Source of the DNA: an uncultured Acidimicrobiaceae bacterium
Lineage (GTDB): Bacteria > Actinomycetota > Acidimicrobiia > Acidimicrobiales > SZUA-35
Reading direction: 5' to 3'
DNA length: 64,000 bases
NCBI GenBank assembly: GCA_964551835.1
Contig: CAZKEM010000054.1
Span: 7,615-71,614, forward strand
This document shows, piece after piece, positions 22,342-31,142 of the stretch. The notes beneath the pieces were generated by a model that saw only the letters and a program-made list of their open reading frames with translations, had not been told where the DNA came from and made no database searches. The translations under genes and the position numbers were made by a program. How positions within the stretch are numbered: the stretch's first letter is position 1; each line of letters begins with the position of its first letter.

Positions 22342-23931
22342 CTAACCGGCGACTGGCGCAGCTCGTTCGTTTAACGCTCGGTCGATGGCCTCGGCTATCT
22401 TGGCGTCGGAATCGTTTGGGCCTCCCGATGTCGAGACACTTCTTGGAGCGATGTCAACGGCAAGCGCTGAAATGGTTTCGATTGTCGAGATATCGACCGA
22501 CACAACGGCCGAAAGGTCGACCTCGATATGGTCCACCTCACTGGCGATGGCTTTAGCCCGCAGCTGCTGAGCAAACTGCTTCTGCGACAGCAGCCAAAGG
22601 AGGCCAACCGGTTTCAACACGGTCGACGCAACCGGCTCGTCCCCTCCTCCAAGCCCCGTGGTCACGGTCTCGGTTTGGTCAACCACAAAACGGCGACCCA
22701 CATGAAGAACAACCGAAAGCCCGATGCCGAGTATGACCGCCCATTGGATATTCGGAGTGGCCGCTACGGTCGCTACCATCGTTAGCCAGGCTATCAACGC
22801 CTGTTTTGGGTCTCGTTTCCACAGTCGATAGAGCTCCTTCGGCTTAATGAGGCGATAGACGGCTGCGAGAACGATGCCGCCAAGAACAGCCAGCGGCAAG
22901 TCCTCAAGAATAGACGCAAAGCCTAAAAAAGCCAGGACAACTAGACCGGTGATGCCGCCACTCCAACGCGTCCGAGCGCCCGCAAGACGATTGACTGAAC
23001 TGCGAGAAAACGAGCCACCCACCGGGTAGCCGCCAGAGACACCTGAGGCCAAATTGGCCAAGCCCGAACTAAACAGCTCTCGACTTGGGTTCCATGTCGT
23101 CCTATCTTCGTTGGCAAAAACCCGAGCTATCGCCGATGGCTCGGCAAACCCGACAAAGGCGATGACGACGGCCGCCACGAATAGTGCCGGAATATCCGAC
23201 CAAGGTAAATCGAATGAAAGAGCGGGAAAGCCTTCAGGAATTCCTACTCTTCCCTCACCGGGCACGGGTATCCCGACCGTTGGACCGCGGTAGCCAAACC
23301 ATCGGGTCGCCGCCCACCCAGTAAAAACCGCGAACAAGACGCCGGGAAACAAGCGATGGAGCTTCCGTCCCCCAACCATCATTAGCACCGTGACAGCCGC
23401 CAACCCTACAGCCGCAATCGACCACGTGCTGGGGTTTCTGACCGCCCATATCGCTGAAGGAATCGTTCCGATGTCAGGAACGTGCTGCGAAGCCCCAACC
23501 GACTTCGGGAACTGAGATGCCATAATCACCACGGCAGCTCCCGAGGTAAAGCCAATCATCACCGGATCAGAAATTAGGTAAGCAACCCAGCCAAACCGGA
23601 CGAGCCCGCACACCAATCTAATCACGCCGACCATGACTGCCAGGAGCGCTCCGGCCAACACATAGTCTTGATCGCCAGCAGAATAGTCTGCGGCATGAAG
23701 AGCGCCGAAGGTCAACAAACTGGTCATGGCCACTGGACCTGTCTGCAAGTACGGCGACGAAGCAAACAATGCAAATATTATGGCGGGAAGCGCCGCAGCA
23801 AACAGCCCGACGTAAAGCGGCATTCCTGCAATTTGGGCGTAGGCCAACGACTGTGGAATAACGACTAACGCGACACTGAGGCCGGCTAGGAGATCCGCCG
23901 GGTGCGGTCTCGGGAAGTCAACTCGAGGAAT
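22342..23931 (-). CDS. SulP-family anion transporter with a degenerate STAS domain (5' end ambiguous)
   Basis: DLLAGLSVALVVIPQSLAYAQIAGMP, QTGPVA, GSFSRS. The conserved TM1 lies upstream of the track's TTG start at 23847; see findings. Confidence 0.85.
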   Translation of the reverse strand: MPRVDFPRPHPADLLAGLSVALVVIPQSLAYAQIAGMPLYVGLFAAALPAIIFALFASSPYLQTGPVAMTSLLTFGALHAADYSAGDQDYVLAGALLAVMVGVIRLVCGLVRFGWVAYLISDPVMIGFTSGAAVVIMASQFPKSVGASQHVPDIGTIPSAIWAVRNPSTWSIAAVGLAAVTVLMMVGGRKLHRLFPGVLFAVFTGWAATRWFGYRGPTVGIPVPGEGRVGIPEGFPALSFDLPWSDIPALFVAAVVIAFVGFAEPSAIARVFANEDRTTWNPSRELFSSGLANLASGVSGGYPVGGSFSRSSVNRLAGARTRWSGGITGLVVLAFLGFASILEDLPLAVLGGIVLAAVYRLIKPKELYRLWKRDPKQALIAWLTMVATVAATPNIQWAVILGIGLSVVLHVGRRFVVDQTETVTTGLGGGDEPVASTVLKPVGLLWLLSQKQFAQQLRAKAIASEVDHIEVDLSAVVSVDISTIETISALAVDIAPRSVSTSGGPNDSDAKIAEAIDRALNERAAPVAG

Positions 23932-23997
23932 CGTCGTAAACCTGCCCTTCTACTAGCACTCGTCTCTTGCACCTTAGAAGAGATTCCCACCCGCGCA

Positions 23998-24028
23998 AGC
24001 CTTAGGAGCTAAAATCCTTCCTAAGGCT
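23998..24028. terminator. Perfect 10-bp inverted repeat AGCCTTAGGA-N11-TCCTAAGGCT (terminator or operator)
   Basis: Lies between the microprotein stop and sulP; no clear U-tract. Confidence 0.45.
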
Positions 24029-24064
24029 AATGTCTTGTGGGCCAAATACTTGGGACGATTTACC

Positions 24065-24241
24065 CTATTCAAACGTCGGGTATATCGACGGTGGCGGGCC
24101 CGGCGTTCCGAGATCGCCACACACCCAACAATGAGAATTCGCTGAACCGGTCCAGGCGACCTCGCAGGGCATGCAGTTCATCCGCAAACCAACCCTACGT
24201 TGACGACCAGACCTGTTCGAATTCGGAACATAAACCTTCAC
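24065..24241 (-). CDS. Small Zn-ribbon protein (CxxC-x11-CxxC), 38-58 aa
   Basis: GTG 24241 or ATG 24181 to TAG 24065; MNCMPCEVAWTGSANSHCWVCGDLGTPGPPPSIYPTFE; AGGAG upstream; shorter than the ORF-track cutoff. Confidence 0.7.
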   Translation of the reverse strand: MKVYVPNSNRSGRQRRVGLRMNCMPCEVAWTGSANSHCWVCGDLGTPGPPPSIYPTFE

Positions 24242-24307
24242 TCAATTCTTATCGGCTCCTGTCCAGATCTCTAAAGAGTATTGCTCATATGGACACGTTC
24301 GAAGAAA

Positions 24308-25066
24308 TCAGTTGCGTCCGAACAGCCGAGTCCCAAACGGTATGAAGATAGCAAGAAGGGCGGCCATCCAAGCCATCGACCACAGTAAAGGCTTCGCAAC
24401 GGGCAGACCAGCCTCGGTCAGACCCCGAATAGAATCAACAACTACCGTGACGGGTTGGCGTTTCGCGAACACCTGTAACCACCCGGGCAAACTATCGACG
24501 GGGACAAAGGCCGAAGAGGCAAAGGTTGTAAACAGGGTCGGAACAAATGAAGCCGACTGAACGGTCTCCACGTTTGTACTCAACAGTCCTAGAGTGACGT
24601 AGACCCATGAGAACGTGAACCCAAAAAGAACAGCCAGGCCCAGCGCCGCCACCCCAGCCAGGAAGCCGTTTCCGAACCGAAACCCAATTGCGACCCCCAT
24701 CAGGACAATGACGATCGATGTCAGAACGAATCGAGTGGAGTCCGCCAATGTCCGCCCAATCAACACCGCAGAGCGCCTAATAGGCAATGAAAGGAATCTG
24801 TCGGTCGAACCCTCGTTAGCGTCATGAGCGAGAACGATGGCGGTATTAGAACCGGCAAAAGCTAGTGTCTGAATCAAGACACCTGGGATCAAATAGTTTG
24901 CGTAATCCGTCGTTTCGGTCTGAATGCTTCCGCCAAAAACGAAGTTGAATATTAAGACAAAAAAGACAGGCTGGACGAGCGTGAAGAAGATCATCTGCGG
25001 GTTTCGACGAAGCCGAAGAATATTTCGCCCAGCCATGGTCATCGAATCATTCCATAGTTGGATCAT
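24308..25066 (-). CDS. ABC-2 type exporter permease (DrrB-like)
   Basis: TLVQPV, YLIPG, DRFLSLPI, SSAFVPVDSLPGWLQ. Confidence 0.92.
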   Translation of the reverse strand: MIQLWNDSMTMAGRNILRLRRNPQMIFFTLVQPVFFVLIFNFVFGGSIQTETTDYANYLIPGVLIQTLAFAGSNTAIVLAHDANEGSTDRFLSLPIRRSAVLIGRTLADSTRFVLTSIVIVLMGVAIGFRFGNGFLAGVAALGLAVLFGFTFSWVYVTLGLLSTNVETVQSASFVPTLFTTFASSAFVPVDSLPGWLQVFAKRQPVTVVVDSIRGLTEAGLPVAKPLLWSMAWMAALLAIFIPFGTRLFGRN

Positions 25067-26067
25067 TGCTCAACCTTTTGGTCATCGCCTGCAGCTGAGG
25101 CCGGCCCAGACCGCCCGGTGAGACTGAGAAAGACATCGTCCAGTGTTGGCCGCTTAACTGCAAGGTCAGAGAGCTCAATGCCTTGCCTGTCGACGTCTTG
25201 GCTTACCGACACCAGGGCGGCGACCCGATCGTTGACTGGCACAGACACCTGCCCCTGCCGTTCGTCGTGTCTGGCCGGCGACGTGCCCACTCGAGACAAG
25301 ATCTCCAACACCTTTTGGCAGTCCTGCTGTCGGGATGGTGTAGCCAGAAGGTAGTCACCGCCGACACGTTGTTTAAGAGATTCGGGTGTACCTTCGGCGA
25401 TGACGGCGCCTTGATCGATCACTGTTATGGAATCTGCCAAGGCATCTGCTTCCTCCAAATACTGAGTCGTGAGAAGGACCGTCGTCCCTTGATCTTGAAG
25501 CGTCCGCAGAAACTCCCACAGTTGCTGACGCGTTCGTGGGTCAAGCCCTGTGGTTGGTTCGTCGAGCAACAAGATCTTCGGATAGCCGACCAGACTTGCG
25601 CCGAGGTCAAGCCGGCGCCGCATACCGCCAGAATACGTCTTGACTAGACGGTCGGCGGCGTCCTCTAAGTCGAGGCGTTCCAACGTTTCGTTAGCGCGCT
25701 CACGAGCCGTCTTGCGTCCCAGCTGGTACAGGCGACCGACAATTTCGAGGTTTTCTCTACCGGTTAAGAATTCATCGACTGCCGCTGACTGGCCAGCCAG
25801 GCCAATGGTCTTTCTAATCAGGCCAGCTTCCAAACGAAGGTCGTGTCCGGCGACGGCCACGGACCCGCTTTGCAGCCCTAATAGAGTCGCCAGTAAACGG
25901 ACTAGTGTCGTTTTTCCAGCGCCGTTCGGCCCGAGCAGACCACGCACCTCACCTTGTTCAATTTCTAACGACAGCCGCTTTAACGCTGATACGTCGTCAA
26001 ACTGATGCGAGACATCATTCACTTCGATGATAGTTGACACTTGGCCCAGGCTAGCCGAGTCCTTCAA
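25063..26067 (-). CDS. ABC exporter ATP-binding subunit (DrrA-like)
   Basis: GPNGAGKTT, YSGGMRRRLDL, LDEPTTGLDP, PTLDDVFL; the true start may be GTG 26040. Confidence 0.93.
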   Translation of the reverse strand: MKDSASLGQVSTIIEVNDVSHQFDDVSALKRLSLEIEQGEVRGLLGPNGAGKTTLVRLLATLLGLQSGSVAVAGHDLRLEAGLIRKTIGLAGQSAAVDEFLTGRENLEIVGRLYQLGRKTARERANETLERLDLEDAADRLVKTYSGGMRRRLDLGASLVGYPKILLLDEPTTGLDPRTRQQLWEFLRTLQDQGTTVLLTTQYLEEADALADSITVIDQGAVIAEGTPESLKQRVGGDYLLATPSRQQDCQKVLEILSRVGTSPARHDERQGQVSVPVNDRVAALVSVSQDVDRQGIELSDLAVKRPTLDDVFLSLTGRSGPASAAGDDQKVEQ

Positions 26068-26090
26068 TCACGTCCTATGATTATTAGTAC

Positions 26091-26699
26091 GTGACTGATA
26101 AACCACTATGTCGACTGTTGCGGAGAGGTTCAGGCTGTTCGAGTGCGATCTCGCGCCTGGACTCGTTGCTGTTAAGTTCCGTGGGAGCGCTTGTCGCCCA
26201 CCAAGTCGCCTACTCAGTAGCACCATTGTTTGGTCAAGCATCTTCAGTTGGTCATGGTCATATGGCTTTGGTCTGGAAACTAGCTTTTCTACTGGCAACC
26301 GTAGGCATGACCGGATTTGTCCTACGCAGTCTTCGATCTCGTAACTATCGACTCACAAACCCGTTCTATACCGGTTCGATGATCGCTGGTAGTTTCACGA
26401 CGTTGGAGCTCGTCGAACGGGCTGTAGCAGGTATTGCGCCGGCGGCGCTTCTAACCGAACTGGTTTTTTGGCTAGGGGTCGCTGCTACGATTCCGATCAC
26501 GTTCGCCTACGTCGTGGTGTTGCGAACCGTCTCGGAGACTGCTGGCAAGATTTTGGATCGCCGGGTCGCCGTTACATGGCCGTTGGTGGGCGCGGTTAAG
26601 CCACGGACCACCGAAGTGTGCTGTCTTGGCGGGTTTGACTGTGTTTCGTCGCGGTGGAGCCGTGGCCCCCCGGCCCTGAATGTGTCTATACCTTTATAG
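26091..26699 (+). CDS. Membrane protein with His motifs and a C-terminal Cys-rich/RGPP tail (candidate regulatory leader)
   Basis: AHQVAY, GHGH, about 4 TMs, ends EVCCLGGFDCVSSRWSRGPPALNVSIPL. Confidence 0.65.
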   Translation: MTDKPLCRLLRRGSGCSSAISRLDSLLLSSVGALVAHQVAYSVAPLFGQASSVGHGHMALVWKLAFLLATVGMTGFVLRSLRSRNYRLTNPFYTGSMIAGSFTTLELVERAVAGIAPAALLTELVFWLGVAATIPITFAYVVVLRTVSETAGKILDRRVAVTWPLVGAVKPRTTEVCCLGGFDCVSSRWSRGPPALNVSIPL

Positions 26700-26793
26700 C
26701 AGGCCGATTTAGCGGCTAGCCATTTCGGGCGCTCGTACACAAACATCGACGCGCCGTTCGACCATTCATGCACAAATCTTTAAGGACGTAACT

Positions 26794-28029
26794 ATGAAAT
26801 ACCCATTCTTGGGACGAAAGATCGCGGTTGGGGTTGTGGTCGCGTTGACCGCGGCCGCATGCGGTTCGTCTAACGCTTCAAGCAGCGATACGACCGCGCC
26901 ACGCACCGAATCCACCGACACAACATCAGACGGTACCGAAGTGAGCCGCGACCTTCCCGTACCCACAATCGATGTCACCGTCGAACAAGACGCTAAGGCT
27001 GGTCAGAACCTGACGGTTGACGTCAACAACTTCGAGGTCGCCCCTGAAGCTGCAAGCACCGAAACCGTCCAGGGGGAAGGCCACTTTCACCTCTATGTCG
27101 ACGGCGAACGGACGCTTCGCTTTTACAACGAAGCCATTCATCTCGAACTCGAGCCAGGCTCCCATGAGGTAATGGTCGAACTGAGCTCGAATGACCACTC
27201 AGCTTGGACGCTCGACGGCGAACCTATTACAGCCATGGCATCGATAGATGTTCCAGAGACTGGCGGAGAGGGACACGGACACTCTGAGACCAACGGCCAA
27301 GACGTCGCTGGCTTCGAATCTGAACCATCGGTCGAGATAACGATTACCAAAGACCCGAAGTCCGGTTGGAACGTTCATGCTCCTGTCGAGAATTTCAGGC
27401 TCAGTGCTGAGAATGCTAGCGGTGAACCAGTTGATGGTGAGGGACACGCTTACCTTCTAGTGGACGGCGAAAACGTTGAGCGCCTGTACGGGCCTTGGTG
27501 GCATATCAGCAATCTCGAAGAGGGCGACCATGACATTACGGTCGAACTTCGAGCCAATGACCACGCTGCGTTGACCCTGGATGGTGAGACTATTGCGGCC
27601 TCCGCCGACGTAACTGTTTCGGCTGAAGAAGCCGCCGAACAGGGACACGATCACGGTGATGACCACTCGAAAGAAGAAGACGGCGGACACAACCATGGCG
27701 AAAGCTCAGGCTCGCTAGCTATTGAAGATGGGCTAACAGAAGCCGATGCTGAATCAACCATCGAATTTGTTGTAGCTGATGGAGACATCGAAGCGAGACT
27801 CGACGGCGAGGTCGTCGATGGGGCTATCGAAATCGACTCCGGAACAGTCGTTAAAATCACGACGACCAGCGACGTCGAGGAGCAAGTTCACCTGCACGGC
27901 CATGACGTCTTGGTGGACGTTTCGCCCGGAACTGACGGAGCGATAATCTTCACCGCTGACATACAGGGTACGCTCGAGGTCGAACTCGAGGGCTCCGGCA
28001 CCCTGTTAGCTAACCTTCGAGTCAGCTAA
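26794..28029 (+). CDS. His-rich lipoprotein with two repeated domains and a cupredoxin-like C-terminus
   Basis: Lipobox LTAAAC; duplicated GEGHxxLxVDG..R.Y...H...G.H...VEL..NDH domain; GHDHGDDH linker; EQVHLHGHD...GTLEVELE. Confidence 0.8.
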   Translation: MKYPFLGRKIAVGVVVALTAAACGSSNASSSDTTAPRTESTDTTSDGTEVSRDLPVPTIDVTVEQDAKAGQNLTVDVNNFEVAPEAASTETVQGEGHFHLYVDGERTLRFYNEAIHLELEPGSHEVMVELSSNDHSAWTLDGEPITAMASIDVPETGGEGHGHSETNGQDVAGFESEPSVEITITKDPKSGWNVHAPVENFRLSAENASGEPVDGEGHAYLLVDGENVERLYGPWWHISNLEEGDHDITVELRANDHAALTLDGETIAASADVTVSAEEAAEQGHDHGDDHSKEEDGGHNHGESSGSLAIEDGLTEADAESTIEFVVADGDIEARLDGEVVDGAIEIDSGTVVKITTTSDVEEQVHLHGHDVLVDVSPGTDGAIIFTADIQGTLEVELEGSGTLLANLRVS

Positions 28030-28045
28030 CAGATCGTATTTACTC

Positions 28046-29368
28046 ATGGATATCCCAACCATCGTTGCGCATGGAATAGGCTCAAGGACAGCGTTACCGC
28101 TGCCTCTTTGGCAACTTGCCTGGGCGGCAATAGCCGCTCTCGGGTTCTCGTTTTTGGGACTCTCACTACTTTGGAAGAGCCCAATAATGGCTTCTGCCGC
28201 CGACGGTCGGTCCGTCGGCGGCGCAACGCTGGCCCGGGCATGTACGATTGTCGCCCGTTCGGCGTCGTTTGTGCTGTTCCTCGTTTGCATCGCATCTGGG
28301 CTGTTCGGAGAAGACCAAGCCTTACAGAACCTGACTCCAGTCACCATCTATGTGATGGTTTGGGTTGCTGTACCGTTCCTTTCAGCCTTTGCCGGTGACC
28401 TTTGGAAGGTGGTCAGTCCGTTTGAAACAATCGGCCTAGTCGTCGAACAGCTTCGGGACTCAAAAAGTAGCAAAACTCTGGAACACCACTTGTTTGCCGT
28501 TGCTACCATCTTTGGGTTTCTCTTTCTTGAACTAGCCCATCCTTCGGGAAGCTCACCTCGAGTCCTGGCATACGCCATGGTGGTCTATACGTTAATTGCT
28601 ACTGGTGGAATACTCATTTGGGGCAACTCTTGGCTTCGTAACGGTGAAGGTTTTGGTGTTCTGTTTCGCTTGATCGCTGCGATGTCTCCCGTTTATCGGT
28701 CACCGTCCGGCGAAATACGGCTTCGGGTCCCACTTGCAGGTCTGTCAACTATTGAGGTTCTCCCGGGGACTGTTGCGCTCATACTCTTAGCCTTAGCTGG
28801 AACGAGCTTCGACGGCTTCTCTGAAAGTGAGGACTTCGTCGATTTAGTCGGGCAGCAGTCGGGTTGGGCTGGGGTATCACCGACCGTGATCGGCTTGCTG
28901 GCCATGTTTGTAATCGCGGCCGGGTTGTATTGGCTGGGTTCGAAGTTTACCTCTAACGTGACCGGCATGTCGGCGACAGATGCGATGCGCCTGTTTGCGC
29001 CCTCGCTTGTTCCGATTGTTTGGGGCTATCTCTTGGCCCACTACGCACTACTTCTGATTGATGAAACCCAGCGATTCTGGTACCTGCTGTCGAATCCGTA
29101 TGGGTCCATCGACGACGCAGGCAATCCGGTTGTGAATATCTTCGGTGCCGCCGGAGGCACGATCGACTTCGAACTTGTCAACCTTGACGTGGTTGCCTGG
29201 ATCCAAACCATCGCAATCTTAGTCGGCCATATCGCCGGCGTCATGGTCGCCCACGACATCGGGATCGACCGGTATGACCGAGTCCAAGCGATCCGAAGCC
29301 AATACGCCATGTTGTTCGTCATGATGATATACAGCGTCGGTGGTTTAGCCCTACTATTTAACGGATAA
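28046..29368 (+). CDS. Polytopic membrane protein of the family often labelled 'fenitrothion hydrolase' (FedB-like)
   Basis: N-terminal AHGIGSRTALPLP, SPF, GTSFDGF, SLVPIVWGYLLAHY, GHIAGVMVAHD, SQYAML. Confidence 0.75.
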   Translation: MDIPTIVAHGIGSRTALPLPLWQLAWAAIAALGFSFLGLSLLWKSPIMASAADGRSVGGATLARACTIVARSASFVLFLVCIASGLFGEDQALQNLTPVTIYVMVWVAVPFLSAFAGDLWKVVSPFETIGLVVEQLRDSKSSKTLEHHLFAVATIFGFLFLELAHPSGSSPRVLAYAMVVYTLIATGGILIWGNSWLRNGEGFGVLFRLIAAMSPVYRSPSGEIRLRVPLAGLSTIEVLPGTVALILLALAGTSFDGFSESEDFVDLVGQQSGWAGVSPTVIGLLAMFVIAAGLYWLGSKFTSNVTGMSATDAMRLFAPSLVPIVWGYLLAHYALLLIDETQRFWYLLSNPYGSIDDAGNPVVNIFGAAGGTIDFELVNLDVVAWIQTIAILVGHIAGVMVAHDIGIDRYDRVQAIRSQYAMLFVMMIYSVGGLALLFNG

Positions 29369-29428
29369 TGTCGCCGGCCGTGGACGGCGCGAACCTACAG
29401 TGTCACAGCTCCCGTTCATACTGGCTAC

Positions 29429-29665
29429 ATGGCAGTTACGCAACTACAACTACCGATGACACCCAGCCGCTGGAAGCTCGACCATTCAACTATTCACAAG
29501 GGCAAAACCGGCCTCGCGCGGGCTCGTGAGATCCTGGCGTCGTGCCAGTCACGAGAAGACGAGCTGCTCGCTACGAGAGAGGCCCTTAGCACGTTGACTC
29601 ACGCCACGATCACAGGCGGCCCGGAGCGCCAGACCAGCGCGGCCAGTCAGGTCCTGGCCGCCTAA
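29429..29665 (+). CDS. Small hypothetical protein
   Basis: WKLDHSTIHKGKTGLARAREIL; CATACT -10 box 6 nt before the ATG; fills the gap before the convergent gltD. Confidence 0.6.
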   Translation: MAVTQLQLPMTPSRWKLDHSTIHKGKTGLARAREILASCQSREDELLATREALSTLTHATITGGPERQTSAASQVLAA

Positions 29666-29693
29666 GTTCCTGCTCGGCGTTGTTCGCTGTCAG

Positions 29694-31130
29694 TTAGGCG
29701 TTCGTAAACGACTGTTCGGCAAGCGACTTATCAACGGCCTCTGCGCACTGACGACCCTCGGCGATAGCCCACACGATTAGCGACTGACCACGACTCATAT
29801 CACCGCAGACAAACACGTCATCGGCTGAGGTTTTCCAATTCTCGTCTTTGTCGACGTTACCGCGAGGAGTCAGTTCAACGTCGAACTGCTCAAGCAACGG
29901 AGACCGCTCAGGTCCGGTGAAACCAATAGCGAGCAAAACCATGTCAGCTTTGATTTCGCGTTCAGAGCCCGCAACGGTCTCGAAGCTCATTCGACCATCA
30001 TTAAAAACAGTCTCGACTTCGACCGTATTGATGGCTCGAACTCGCCCGTTCTCGTCCGAGAGAAACTCTGTGCTGTTGACGTTAAAGATCCGCTCGCTGC
30101 CGCTCTCTTCATGTGATGTTGAGGTCCGTAGCATTATTGGCCACGTCGGCCACGGAGACTTCGGAGATCGAGTGTCAGGTGGGCGTTCGGTAATTTCGAA
30201 TTGGGTGACCGAGTTCGCGCCGTGGCGAGCCGACGTTCCCATACAATCCGATCCGGTATCTCCGCCACCAATTATTACTACGTCGCGACCTTTGGCACTG
30301 AACGGATGGGCATCGAGGTCGCCAACCGCAACTTTGTTTGCCTGTGGTAGGAACTCCATCGCCTGATATATTCCTTCGGCGTCGCGGCCGGGAATCGGAA
30401 GGTCTCGAGACTGAGTGGCACCGCCGGCCAACACGACGACGTCGAACTGAGCCTTCAGCTCCTCGGCGGAAATGTCGATCCCGACTTCGGTACTGGTAAT
30501 GAACGTTGTGCCTTCAGCTTCCATCTGTTCAAGCCGGCGGTCAATGACGTTCTTCTCCATCTTGAATTCGGGAATTCCGTAGCGGAGAAGCCCACCAATG
30601 CGGTCTGCACGCTCGTAAACGGTAACGTCGTGACCGGCCCTGGTCAACTGTTGGGCCGCGGCCAAACCAGCGGGGCCCGAACCGACCACGGCTACTGATT
30701 TGCCGGACTTCACCGTTGGAGGAAGAGGCACGATCCAGCCCTCTTCGAAGGCACGCTCGATTATTGAAACCTCGACTTGTTTGATCGAAACGGGGTCCTC
30801 GTTGATACCGAGGACGCACGCGCCCTCACATGGCGCAGGGCAAAGCCGGCCCGTGAACTCCGGGAAGTTGTTTGTTGCGTGGAGCTGCTCGATCGCTTCT
30901 CGCCACTGATTTGTGTAGACAAGGTCGTTCCAGTCAGGAATGAGGTTGCCTAACGGACACCCGCTATTACAGAACGGAATGCCGCAATCCATGCAGCGAG
31001 ACGCTTGAACTTTAATTTCGTTCTCGGTCAGCGGCACCGGCAGTTCTTTCCAGTCCCGGAGACGAACCGGAACAGGCCGGTACTCGGGTACCTGCCGCTC
31101 GTGTTTCATGAATCCTCTACTATCACCCAT
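29694..31130 (-). CDS. gltD: Glutamate synthase small subunit
   Basis: RCMDCGIPFC, NNFPEFTGRLCPAPCE, GSGPAG, GGGDTGSDC, RGQSLIVWAIAEGR. Confidence 0.97.
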   Translation of the reverse strand: MGDSRGFMKHERQVPEYRPVPVRLRDWKELPVPLTENEIKVQASRCMDCGIPFCNSGCPLGNLIPDWNDLVYTNQWREAIEQLHATNNFPEFTGRLCPAPCEGACVLGINEDPVSIKQVEVSIIERAFEEGWIVPLPPTVKSGKSVAVVGSGPAGLAAAQQLTRAGHDVTVYERADRIGGLLRYGIPEFKMEKNVIDRRLEQMEAEGTTFITSTEVGIDISAEELKAQFDVVVLAGGATQSRDLPIPGRDAEGIYQAMEFLPQANKVAVGDLDAHPFSAKGRDVVIIGGGDTGSDCMGTSARHGANSVTQFEITERPPDTRSPKSPWPTWPIMLRTSTSHEESGSERIFNVNSTEFLSDENGRVRAINTVEVETVFNDGRMSFETVAGSEREIKADMVLLAIGFTGPERSPLLEQFDVELTPRGNVDKDENWKTSADDVFVCGDMSRGQSLIVWAIAEGRQCAEAVDKSLAEQSFTNA

Positions 31131-31142
31131 GTCGTCTCTCCC

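Noticed and set aside
24037-24345. 102-aa plus-strand ORF
   Set aside because: No motifs; it overlaps the better-supported minus-strand Zn-ribbon ORF and the permease end
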